NCBI GenBank assembly: GCA_002269645.1
Contig: NIVC01001656.1
Coordinates: forward strand, 1-42,743
Reading direction: 5' to 3'
Length of the DNA: 42,743 nt
DNA from: Macrostomum lignano
Taxonomy: Eukaryota
Under the pieces are notes generated by a model that had not been told where the DNA came from, searched no databases, and saw only the letters and a list, made by a program, of their open reading frames with translations. Numbering within the stretch: position 1 is the first letter of the stretch; every line of letters begins with the position of its first letter. A program made the position numbers and the translations under genes. Shown piece after piece: positions 1 through 11,600 of the stretch.

Positions 1-26
1 GCATTCCCTATCAGTGTTACTAACAG

Positions 27-1322
27 TGCAACAACGCAGTCACCTGTCAAACTGCCGTTGACCAGCTGCCAAGCCTTCCAAATCTACCAATCATCCAAAG
101 TTGCGGCCGATCGGCAGTAAGCCAACCGGCTACCTCGACCTGGGAATCTGTGAGCATTGCCACCGATGACCAGCCACCGGGTTACACGGTGACAACTCGA
201 GAAGAAACTCTGGATCGTTTGGCGACGCACATTAGAGAGAAAATGGGTGGGTAAAGTTTTATTGATTAAATTCAGCATGACGTCCTTGATTCGTTGATAA
301 AAGTACTCATTCTACTACTCGTAATCGAACTTGTTTCAGGAGAGCTATTCGGCTTTGCGGCGCTAAATCGTCCGAACGTTTTGCACTTCATACTAATTGT
401 GCTGCTGAGTAGTCGTAAATGCCTTTGTCGAATCCTAGTGTTCTGCGACGTCAACGGTCAAGAACGGAGCGGTTCTATTGAGTACTTCAAAATTCTCGAT
501 AGGGAAACCGCTGGGATGCTCTGGCAGAAGGTCAATAGAAGACCAGTGAGCAAGAATGCCTGTTCCGCATTCACGAGGGCAATTAGGTGAGCTAATTGTC
601 GATGTGTCGGAGTGTGTTGGTGTCGGATTTTTGTCGTTGTCGGAGTGTGTTGTTGGAGTGTTTCGGTGTCCGAGTATGTCGGTTTCGGGTGTGTCGGTGT
701 CGGGTGTGTCGGTTTCGAATGTGTTTGTGTTGGGCGTGTTGGTGTCGGGTGTGTCGGTGTCGGTTGTGTCAGTGTCGGATGTGCAGTGTCGGTTGTGTCT
801 GTATCGGGTGTTTTGGTGTCGGGTGTGTTGGTTTCAGATGCCGGGTTTGTTTGTGTCGGTTGTGTTTGTGTCGGTTGTGTTTGTGTCGGGTTGTTTGTGT
901 CGGGTTGTTTGTGTTGGGTGTGTTTGTGTCGGGTGTGTCGGTCTCGGGTGTGTCGGTGTCGGTTGTGTCGGTGTCGGAGTACTTAAGTGTCAATGTGTTG
1001 ACATTTAAAAAATATATTTAAGCCCTACAGTTTTTATTGACTCAAAACGCAGAGATCTTAAATCCTTAGAAATCTCAAGGAAAAAAGACACTGAAAAGAA
1101 ACCTTTGATACAATCAATTGTAAGTTCTGCACATAAATGTAATGCATCGACAAATATTTCTGTAGATTGGCCAAAGCAAAGTTATCTTCTAGCGGTGACT
1201 TTGGCGTCGTGGAAAGCCCTTCAGCGACTAAGTATGCCAACAGCAGAGTGATTCGCTTTGGTCGCAATGGACTGCGGCTGGTTAATGAACTAAGGATGCT
1301 TCTGTCGAGGACTGATGACTGA
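27..1322 (+). CDS. Divergent ETS-domain-like protein, paralog 1 (5' end outside window); exons 27-246, 340-586, 1166-1322
   Basis: The GT-AG model keeps frame (intron phases 1 and 2) and mirrors paralog 2, including a 93-nt intron before the ETS exon and a phase-2 intron inside RAIR. Spliced peptide: ...VLHFILIVLL...FKILDRETAGMLWQKV...FTRAIR...SRVIRFG, which follows the ETS layout (LW, RxxR, terminal xxFG). Confidence 0.65.
600..1005. repeat. Cryptic GT-rich tandem repeat (GTGTCG/GTGTTT-based) in intron of ETS paralog 1
   Basis: Visible runs such as gtgtcggtgtcgggtgtgtcgg; these generate the V/S/G/C-rich ORFs in the track. Confidence 0.85.
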
Positions 1323-2990
1323 ATTATGATTTTATGCAATATAGTATGCTACAGTTCTAAACTTTATCCAGTCGCAATTTCGGTTAAATCTGATTGTTCA
1401 AGTGATAAGTTGAACTAATTTTATTGTTTCTACATGTATTTGTACACACAATCATGTACTGTTTACTTTCGCTTTTAATGAAATCTTAAAAACGTTTATA
1501 GAAAACCGTTTGATGCTTAAATTACGAAACAGAGTATATGCAGAAATCAATTTTTATTTCAATTAATTGTCGAAAATAAAAACAGTGCGCCCCCCATTTG
1601 GTTTGACCAAAAAAGAACATAAAGAAAAAGTCAGTCAATTTCAGTTTTGAAACTTATTTCCGCTGCGTTAAATGGATCACCTCAATACGAAATGCAAAAA
1701 ATTCCAACTCCACCTTCGGGATATGCCTTAGTAGCACCCATGTCACCCTATACTTGATGGCTTCAATTGGTCTTAAAATCTGAATCCTTTGAGAACCTCA
1801 AAATCAACCTCATACGCTCGTAGTGAGCATCATCTTGGGAACGCCTTCTTCATGCTAAGATATTGAACGAGAATGTTTCTCAGCAACTCCTTGTCTCATC
1901 CACAATCATTCCAATTTGATGGTTCACCTTCGATTAGTAAGAAACAAATTATGTAGGAATTTTTAAAGCTTTTTGGCTACACCTCGCAGCTACTTAGAGT
2001 ATTATCGTACATGCTCCATCAGCTCGCTTTGAATAATGAATTGGTGAATACTGTAATTGGCTGGAGAGATGTTGCACAGGCAGTGTCGTAAGTAGATATT
2101 TTTAGCAACGGGCGGATTCTGAGGGAGACTAAATGCTTACACTTTAAAGGAGCGGATGGGGTTGGCCTGAGAGTACGCTCTTCGAAATAAATTCCCACGA
2201 CATTTTCACCCGCTAAAAAGCGCCCTCCCTGCATCCACTGGAGTGAAAAAATAGCTTGTACTCCAGTCGACACAAAAAAACAAAAAATGTGCGTCTCTAA
2301 AGATTTTAAGGCACAAAAAGCTATCTAACAGTAACTATTCTGTCACAATAGCCTCAAACACATTGTATTAATAGATATGACCAACTAGTTCAAAACAATA
2401 TTGCTTCACTAGTGGCAGCCATATTCGAGACACTTGACACTAGACACTAGACTTTGAAAACAGGAAGACGTTATTCAAAAGCAGTGTCTTCTGCACAAAC
2501 ATGCTACTGGATGTTTTTAGTCAATGCCCTACATATGGCAAAGGATTTAAAATACATGTAAATATAGCTGTGGTCCAAAGAAATAGTCGATAAGCATAAA
2601 ATTGATCAAATACTGTTTGTGACCGTTTTTAGGTCCCGTGACTAGAGTTTACAGATTAAATATTGTGGAAGTATTTTGCTTCACTCATAGATTAAGTTTA
2701 ATAATATGCTTGTAAACAGTCTACTAAGAGAGCTAGCTATAGACAAAATGGCAAGACCAAGTACCTTCCCCGGAATTCCCGTGGACTAGCCAGAATCTGG
2801 GCCATGCATACCCAGACGCTACACTGTACAAGTAAGTGTACACTCGCCAACAAGGTACAAACTAAAAGGAACATTTATAAAAGCGGGCAGTGAGCTGCCG
2901 AACCGAGGGGTAGGCTCGCTACGTGCTTCAATAATAAGCATCTCTGAATAAAAGCTTCTAAAATGAGCCAAAAAAACTACAGAGATCAAC

Positions 2991-4206
2991 ATGTCTGATT
3001 TCAATATTATGGAAGTCGATTCGAACGAACTGACTGCTGGCCTTCTACTGGACCACGAGAACAGTTTCAGTTGGCAAAGCTCCGTGTGCCAGCATTCTAC
3101 AGGTCCGGAAATTCCTGCGCCCGGGCCGGAGCAGCAAGTCTGTGTACCTGAGATTGATGACAGCTGTCTGCTAGATCTGCTGCAGGAAATTGTGGACGAA
3201 AACCAACTGCAAGGTGATGAAAACTTTCAGCTGAGCAGCTCGGTTTCGCATGAAAAGTGTGAGACGTTTGGAGAGCGACAATATACTAGCGGACTAGGAG
3301 TTTCTTGTGACAAGGAGACTAAGGAGCTTCTTGACGAGCTGATGGAGGACGCTGATGGAACTGGTCGTGGGAGTGCTACCAACCTGCCGAACGTTCCCAT
3401 GTTTGAGCCGCAGCAGCAGCAGCAGCAGCAGCAGCAGCGGCAAGTTCTACTCAAGGAGATTTCCCAAAGGAAACAACTGCTAGATGAACCGCCAAGTCCA
3501 ACGACTGTGAGCAGCGGCTTCGAGAGCTGCGAATCGCTCCAGCAGTTTTCTTCAGCTCGCGAGGCAGAGATTGACGAAATGGTGGCCTACATCAAGGAAG
3601 TCATAGGTGCGCAAGCTATTTTGAGCTTCTTGGTATTTCGGAAGACATGCGAGGGAATCTACGAGTAGGCTCATTATTTCCTTTTTTAACTTACTGCAGA
3701 AAGAAGCAGCAACTGCAAGCCGGAAGAAATGTCTTCGAAGCTTAAAGTGCACGAGGTCATCCTCACCATTCTGCTTAATTCGACATACGGCGACAAGACA
3801 AAGGATCTTCGACGGATTCTCGCCTTCTGCGACGAGAACGGACGCGAGACGTCTGGCGAATGTCGCCATTTTAAAACGCTCGACACGGAGACCATGGGAC
3901 TGTTGTGGAAAAAAATCAAGGGCAACAAGAAAGCTACCTACGACACGTTTGCCAGAGCGATGAGGTAATGAACCGAACTTCTGGCTTTGCTGCTAATGAG
4001 AAGAATGAAGGATGAATGGATGAACAACAACCATTCTTCCCCGCAGAGTTCGCAGGGAGAAGTCCAAAGGCTATTTCGACTACCTGGACACTGGGAAGCG
4101 CAGCAAAAAGCGAATCTACCGGTTCGGCGAGAAGACCATGGCCGATATGGACCGGATGAAGCGGACGCTGCGGCAAGTGTCCGAGCCGAGGGAATGCTGC
4201 TATTGA
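2991..4206 (+). CDS. Divergent ETS-domain-like transcription factor, paralog 2; exons 2991-3606, 3700-3964, 4047-4206
   Basis: Acidic N-terminus with Q9 (CAG repeat 3411-3437), then KLKVHEVILTILLN...FKTLDTETMGLLWKKIKGNKKATYDTFARAMR|VRR...KRIYRFG, aligning to ETS LWGxxK...YDKLSRALR...LVYKFG. Splice sites AG|GTGCGC, TGCAG|, AG|GTAATG and CGCAG| keep frame to TGA at 4204-4206. Confidence 0.8.
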
Positions 4207-5624
4207 CTAGGCGCTGAACTATCAGCTACGAAACAAAGACAGAAAGCACGAATATTCTTTGTAGATATTTTTTGTAGATATCAATGCGAATCCATGTCTA
4301 ATAGTAGCCATGAATGTATTTATGGTTCGTCATGCTGCTCCACCGAGCAAAACGATCATGTGTACAGATGCATTTCGATTCGGATGTTTTTAATTCCGTA
4401 ATTTATTGTAAATTTCATTTTTTTATAATGCGATATTTATTCAGAAAAAAAGTTTTGTTAAAGACATTTAACAATTGGCCCCATACAAGCGCAGCTGCTT
4501 TTTATGCTTCATCATAGGATCTGTAAAATTTGTAAATACACCAACTATCAATTGCAGTTGAATTCTTGTGTATCTAAGCCTGTCTTTTTTATGCGTTACT
4601 TATCGAAGACTGTCCAAAATTGTCGCAAGCAAAAATTACGAGCGCATATCTGAATTTTGATATACCTTAGTACAACATGCCAATATTGTTGCAATGCACT
4701 CAGTTGTCGGCAGAAAAGGGAACTTTGTGTCGGAAAATCCATGGAAAAACCGTAGAATTGCCATGACAATAAAGCAATTCATGTCTAGCCTAGCGTCTAT
4801 TTTTGTACTTTGTACTTGCTTGCTTCCAGTTGGCGTTCGTAGCTTGAATAAAAAAATAGACCTAAATTTTGAGGGAAATAACTAATGATAACAATAGCTT
4901 TTCATACCATAATTTCGGGATCCTCGGGACATATGCGCAACTATTGCAAAACTGAACTAAGTGTATTTATTAATAATTTAAAATTGATCAGATTTTGTTT
5001 TAGCGATAATTAATTTCATTATCTTCTATAAGCGGCTACTTTAAGTAGGAAAGAGAAGAGAATGTGCTCAAGTGCGAATTTTAATTAAACATTTATGACT
5101 AAAAAGATTCCGATCATGTTTGTAGGGTAATTTATTACGACTACTTACCAATTTTTTTGCGAAATGGAATTTATGCAATTAAATTTAAACTAATTAAAAC
5201 TGAGGCTGTGACAAAACAAGAAAAAATTGATGCTGCTTGTAAACTTCGTCAAAGCTTACAAGACTTGGTTAAAAACTGGTTATAAATGGATACAAGCAGA
5301 TGAATAGGAGTACTGTAAGTAGTTGATAAACATTTTCGGGTATTTTTTGAGACATTTTTAATAAAGTTTTCCGTTCCACCAGAGTTTAAGAGTTCCGAGA
5401 TATGCTTGTAGTTGGGGTCGTCAGGGTTATTTCTAAAGTATCAAATTGTTCAGTCGGGGTCGAGGTGGCATGTAGCTACCATTCAAAAGTACTTTTGTTA
5501 GTCTCCGTTCAAAGGTATACTCGTATTAGTTGTGGTCACTTCAAAGTTAGTTAAAGTAAATTTAGGTAAATTCGTGTTCGCATGAACAGTCTTCCATTTT
5601 TCATCTCAAATAGAGGCGCTTGTC

Positions 5625-8600
5625 TCAGTCCTCTAGCAGCATGCGGTTCTGCTTGGCGCTCTGCAGCTCCTTCCGGGACTCGTGCATCTGACAAGCAGCC
5701 TGAGTCAGGTAGCGCCTCCTCCGCTGCCTGCCCTCCTTCTCTCGCAGCAGATCCAGGATGTCCACCTGGTGGCTGCCGCCGGCAAACAGTCGAGTTATCT
5801 CGGCAACCAGCTTTGTGGCCACGCCGTCGAGCATGTGGCACAGCACTGACATTGGCACCGTGTCCGAGATGCGCTGACAGGCCAGCAGCAGGTAGGCTCT
5901 GGTTCCCAGGCGAATTCGCTCCTCGTTTGATGGGTCGCTTGAGGCGGCTTGTGCTGGCAGCCGCCTGCAAGAAATGGTTAAGGATCTTGTATTAGGATGG
6001 ACTGAATTTTACATTGCTGCACCAACGGGCTCCAGGTCCGAAGGCACCATGCCTATTCAAAGCAATTATTTACTGAGGAATACGATGTGTCGCTAGGAAC
6101 TCCTGCCATTGCGTAGTAACGTAACTCAGTTTTTCCGAAAACTGGCTGTCCTGAGTGAACAAGCGTCGCTCGTGTGCAATAAGCTTAGCCATATCTGTCC
6201 GACACTCAGCCTCTTGGGCTTCGATCGCCTTGACAACAGTTTCTTTCACAAGTAGCAGCAGCCTTGGAAACGCTTTGAAACAATTTTCGGCCAGGTTTTC
6301 AAGCGTTTTAGTAACTTTAGACTGCACGTTATCGAGTAGCCACTTCGCTAGGTCTTCTATTTTTGGCAAATATTCTTCGAATACAATCTTTTGAACAACA
6401 GGGAACACAAATGTGAAAGTCGGAAGCTCGCGTCCTCTTCTAAGCTGCACCTCGTCTGACACACCATTGGGCACTTTTTTCGAGTAGTCAATGATCCAGT
6501 CTGAAATAGAGAGTTTTCCATGGACGTTGTTATATAATGTAATTTGGGCTGCTCTGGTGGCGAGCCAAGGAGCTTAAAACAATATATTTAATCGCCCTGC
6601 CTCTTAGCACGTAGGCGGTGGAGGTCAGGGCCATAGACATGGATATACTAATAAGAGTCGATCCACATCATCTCCCCTTTCAATTCAGTGTCCTTATCAC
6701 TCGACAAAATTAACTTTTGGATGTCCTAGCCTACTGTACTGGAGTCGGGCGGGCGGGATGCCCTTCGTTGCTCTCGAGCTACTTCGAGGTTTCTCCTTGC
6801 TTGGTTGATTGGCCGTCGTAGTACAAGTCGTCTCCGTACGTCTTGTACTTTCGCCGTTTGTCGTCTTTGTCATTTTTTAGTTGTCGGCGGTCAGTGGCAA
6901 TGTTGGCCGTACGTAAATGCCGTTTCTCCGTAGTATTCTGCCGCTCGCCAACTTTACCAGGTAGTCGCGGTGTTTTTCCGACCTCTACCACTACTCCTCT
7001 CCGTTGCCACGGTTTCGTTGTTGGCTCTTGAAGAACTACAGTCGACCCTATTCGGATTCCATCGAGGCTTCTCTTGGACTTGTTTGCTCCACAGCCTCGT
7101 GAACTTCTGATGCTGTGTCCTCCATTTGTTTAATCGTGTTGTACCATTCGGGATTAAAGCTTCTTCGATGAGCAGGAGTGAATCTCTCTTGCTGGGTGTC
7201 CATACAGCATAATAGAAGGAATGCGTCCGTCATACATAGGTGTGTTTCTATAGATAAGTATTCCTTCCGCCATTTTGTCCTTGTTTATGTCATTGTTGCG
7301 ATAGTCCCACGATCCTCTGATGATCTTTTTGGCTGACTTGACTGCCGCTTCGGCTCTCCCGTTGCTTTGGTGGTGGTATGGGGATGAGAATCTGGACTCG
7401 ACTCCCCATCTCTTCAAAAAGTTACCAAATGCGCTGGCCTTGAACTGAGGACCTGAGTCTGACCAGAACAATTCCGGTACAGCTGTCTGACAAAATAGCT
7501 CACGGCACGCGTTAATCAGCTTGTAAACCGGAGCATTTTGTCCGAAGTTCCATATGTTGATCGATCCAGAGTATCCGTCCACTATCATTAGGAATTGCCT
7601 GCCGCGGTGTTCACAAAAGTCAGCATGAACTTCCTGGAAGCACCTTGCTGGTGTAGTTCTCGGCAACATCGGTTCTCTGACCTGACTTGGACGGGTTTCT
7701 TGGCATGCTTTGCATTGCTTTATTGTGTCATCGATCTGACGTTCCATGCTGGGCCAATAGACGACCATTCTTGCTCTTGCTTTGGTCTTAGTAGCACCTT
7801 GGTGACTTGAATGTAGTGTTCTCAAAACTTCTTTTCGCATTTCTTTAGGGATGATACAACGGCATCCATTGAGAACGACTCCGTTTTAGACGACAAGCTT
7901 ATGTCTAATGTGCCAGTACGGTCTTAGATTAACTGGAAGATTAGCTTTATCGTTCGGGAATCCATTCTCTATTACTTGGATAAGCTCTTGCATTTCTGTG
8001 TCCTTCTTTACGTGTTCTTGTATTCTCTTCATGTTAAAGTCAATTTCCCTATCTTCCATTACCATAGTCAACAAATTCACACTACTTAGAGCTTGATTCT
8101 CATCAATCTGATCTTCTTCAGTTGCATTTGCAATCGGAGCTCTTGATAGTGCATCGGCATATACATTGTCTTTACCTCGTACCCATTTTGCTTCATAGTT
8201 GTAGCGATTAAGCTTGGCACGAAGGCGCTGCAACCTCGGGTTTTCGATTTGGTCTAGTTGGTAGCCGTTTAATATCGGAATAAGTGGCTTGTGGTCAGTC
8301 ACGATTTGAAATGAATCGAGTCCTTAAAAAACAAGAGAGTCCATTTTTGCGAAGCCCACACAATTGCTAGAAACTCGAGCTCGATCATAGCATATCGCGT
8401 CTCCGCGTCAGCCAGAAACCGTGATCCTGCCTGAATCATTCGCCAGGCGCCGTCAGGTTGTTGCTGCTTGAGAACAAATCCGAGTCCCTTCAACCTTGAT
8501 GCGTCGGTGTGCAGTGCGGTTGGCTTCGTGGGATCGTAGTATGCCAATGATGGGACTTTAGACAGATGGATTCGTGCCTTATCAAAGGTTTTTTGGTGCT

Positions 8601-11600
8601 CCTCGTTCCAGATGAATGAATTCTTCGCGCTCAGTAGAGGTCTTAATATCGAGGTACATTCTGCGATCGAATCTGTGAATGGTCCTATTTGATTCACTAG
8701 GCCCATAAATGCGCGTAATTCTGTAACATTTGATGGCTCAGGGAATTGAGCAATGGCTGCTGTCATGTCAGGGTCCACCTGATAGCACTTTAGTGTAAGG
8801 ATAAATCCAGCAAACTTTACATTTTTCTTGGCGAAGACAAATTTTTTCTTATTCAATGATATTCCACTCTCGTCACACCGATAAATAAATTCGCGAACAG
8901 CTTGGATGTGGCTTTCGTAGTCGGCGCTTGCGATTATGCAGTCATCCACAATGTGGCGAGTATCTTTCAAGCCCTGTAGAACACTATCCAGTCTCCTGTT
9001 GTAATATTCTGAGATAGAGCTGATCCCGAAAGGTGCCATTCTTAACATGTATGTTCCATAAGGAGTAATAAATGTTGTCAGTGGCATACTGTCTTCGTGG
9101 AGTGGTACTTGATGGGATCCTTTCAATGCATCAACAACTGTAAACCGTGCGTTGGATACATTGGTGCTGGCCACAACTTCCAGTGGTGTTGGTGATTGGT
9201 ATCGAGGTCTCAGAACGTATTTGTTTATCTCTCTAAAATCTACGCAAAGACGAATTTGGTCAGTGCCCTTCTTCGGGGCTACGACTATTGGAGCGCACCA
9301 GGGTGTCGGCTCTGTTATTTTGCAGATAATTTGCTGTCTTTCCAAGGCATCGAGTTCGTTTTTAAGTTTTTCATGCAGTGGCAGTGGTAGCCGGCGTGGC
9401 GTCTTCAAGGAAAATGGGATCGCGTCCTCTTTGAGCACAATCGAAAATTTTTCGCCCTTCATCGGCCGAATTACTCCGTCGAAGACCCTCGGGAATTCTT
9501 GGATCAAATCCAGTTCTGTATGTTTTCTTCCGTCATTCGTCAGAACCTGAGTTATCTGGTTTATCTGACTTGGAAACTCTTTAGGGATGATTCCCAGTTT
9601 TCTACAGCTCTTCCAGGACAGCACTGGCGCGACCAAGTTCTTCAGCACATGAATCCTTGTCGCTGCGTGCTTCCCGTTCAGCGTTATTGTGGCGGAGAAA
9701 TTGCCGTCACTCTTAATGAACTGTCCACTGGCTGATTTAGGAAATATGGCGTCATGCCTTAGTTGTGCAACACGGATGCGGAGCTTTTTGCAATCGCATT
9801 CTCGGATTGCATCGATATTGGATCCCGTATCGGGCATCATTTCCAGCTGCTCCCCATTTATCGAGACTACTACTGTTGGGGTTGCGGGTTCCAGTGTAGC
9901 AACCAAAGTTGAGATTATCGGTGGTCGCCTTTATCCGGATGACCAGTGCTGCGACTGGACCGGCACATGGAACCAAAATGTCCAATGCGACCGCAGTTAA
10001 AGCACTTCTTGTCCTTGGCGGGACATTCTGAACGCTGATGTCGCCCTTTACCACAGGCAGTGCATTTCTTTGCTTCTGGAGTCTTTGATCGAGCCCCACC
10101 TCGCTTTGCTCGCCTCGGAACCATTAAATGCAGCCTCGGACATTCTAACCCATGGATGAATGAATAGAATGGATTGCTATTCTGGCTCTGGCTATTTTCG
10201 TTTTTGACTCTTTTGCATCCGGTTCCCCCCCGTGCCTTTTCATTGGTTGATGATTGCCATAGACAATTTCGCTCGTGTTTTGAAATAAAGTGGGAAGACC
10301 TACGAGCGCTCGATATTCTCTGCAAGTAACTGACATTCTCAGTTCTTTGCGCTTGTGCATCGAAAGAAAGGGGCGAAGGCCGAAAATTGTCTATGGCAAT
10401 CATCAACCAATGAAAAGGCACGGGGGGGAACCGGATGCAAAAGAGTCAAAAACGAAAATAGCCAGAGCCAGAATAGCAATCCATTCTATTCATTCATCCA
10501 TGTTCTAACCACAGAATGTGAATTAAACGGCGTTTATTATTTACTTAATCGCCCTGCCTCTTAGCACGTAGGCGGTGGAGGTCAGGGCCATGAACATGGA
10601 TATACTAATAAGAGTCCATCCACATCAGACGTCAAGCAACGACGAGTTTAGCATAAAGTGAAACATTTTTTAAACTGTGCATGGATTTTGTGCTAAAACA
10701 AAAGCAAGATTAAAATCGACGATTACGATACAAGCTTGTTACAAGTATGTGTTACAAGTATTTACAACTAAAATCTATATTTCGCATAGAAGCGCCCCGT
10801 GCGCCAGGAAACTCGTAATCAATAAACAACTCACCAGGCTGACTCCTGCTCACAGAGTAGCCAAAGCTGGAACAATTAGTCAGACAGCTGCTGTACAGAC
10901 TGCTGGAGCTGCCCGTGGCGAATGCGTCCCGCTCATCTTCTGGACTGACCGTGGCGGCGTGTACTTTTGAGGCAAACTGCTGCAGCTTGCGCATCAGGTA
11001 GGCTCTCTTGTCGCTGTCTGTCTCGCACAGGCTGTCCTCCAGGTCTTTCAGCTCGTCTTCGTAATCCTTCAGCTTGCTCTGTGAGAAATAATTTTTTTAA
11101 TTTAGTTCAGTTTGCGAGCTGTCAAATCAAAACGATTACGTGTACATTCGGTTGACCCTAAGCACGCATGCGCACATGAAAACAAGCGCCAAATAGAAAT
11201 CTGACCTGAAAGCATTCAGCCACATCAAGTCTTATATATTACGTAATGAAAAAGTAAACTGCTATTCTGTTTGAATGCATATCCGCTGACTAAGGGCAGC
11301 AAACTTCTTTAACCAGAGGACAAGAGGAGAGAGGAAAAAAGAGAAGACCTGATAAGAGAGATACGATCAGAAGAGACAGGATTAGTCGATTAGAGGTGAT
11401 AGGAGGGAGAGAGTAAAAAAGAAAAGAGAGGAAAGAGAGAGGAAAGAGAAAATAGGGGAGAGAGGAAAGAAGAGGGGAGAGTGGAGAGAAGAGGGGAGAG
11501 TGAAGAGAAGAGGGGAGTGAGGAGAAAAGAGCTGAGAAAATACATTAACCTTGAGTGGGCGGGATCGCATATAAAGTATTTAAAGTATTTAAAGGCCGGA

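Larger units (their letters stand above)
6528..10627 (-). mobile_element. Defective Ty3/gypsy LTR retrotransposon (Mag-like features) in intron 4 of Mx-A
   Basis: TG...CA ends; 5-bp TSD GACGT at 6523-6527 and 10628-10632; the paralogous Mx-B intron shows the empty site (catggacgtcaagc, ~17460-17473). Domain order PR-RT-RH-INT; polypurine tract GAAAGGGGAGA (minus strand, 6681-6671) next to the 3' LTR. Confidence 0.92.

Noticed and set aside
556-1021. Long ORFs in the GT-rich repeat
   Set aside because: Low-complexity translations of an intronic repeat that lacks stop codons.
1690-2275. Protein-like minus-strand stretches between the ETS genes
   Set aside because: Multiple stops and no recognisable motif; possibly an old TE, not supportable.
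5551-5995. Alternative-frame and antisense ORFs over Mx exons (also at 11611-12342, 13697-13921, 16429-16677, 18239-18970)
   Set aside because: Shadows of GC-rich Mx coding exons.
10501-10627. Apparent full 5' LTR starting TG at 10501 with a different U5 half and a TGG PBS
   Set aside because: The TG and TGG belong to the MITE terminus (TSD TTCTAACC); the mismatch is better explained by deletion of part of the 5' LTR.
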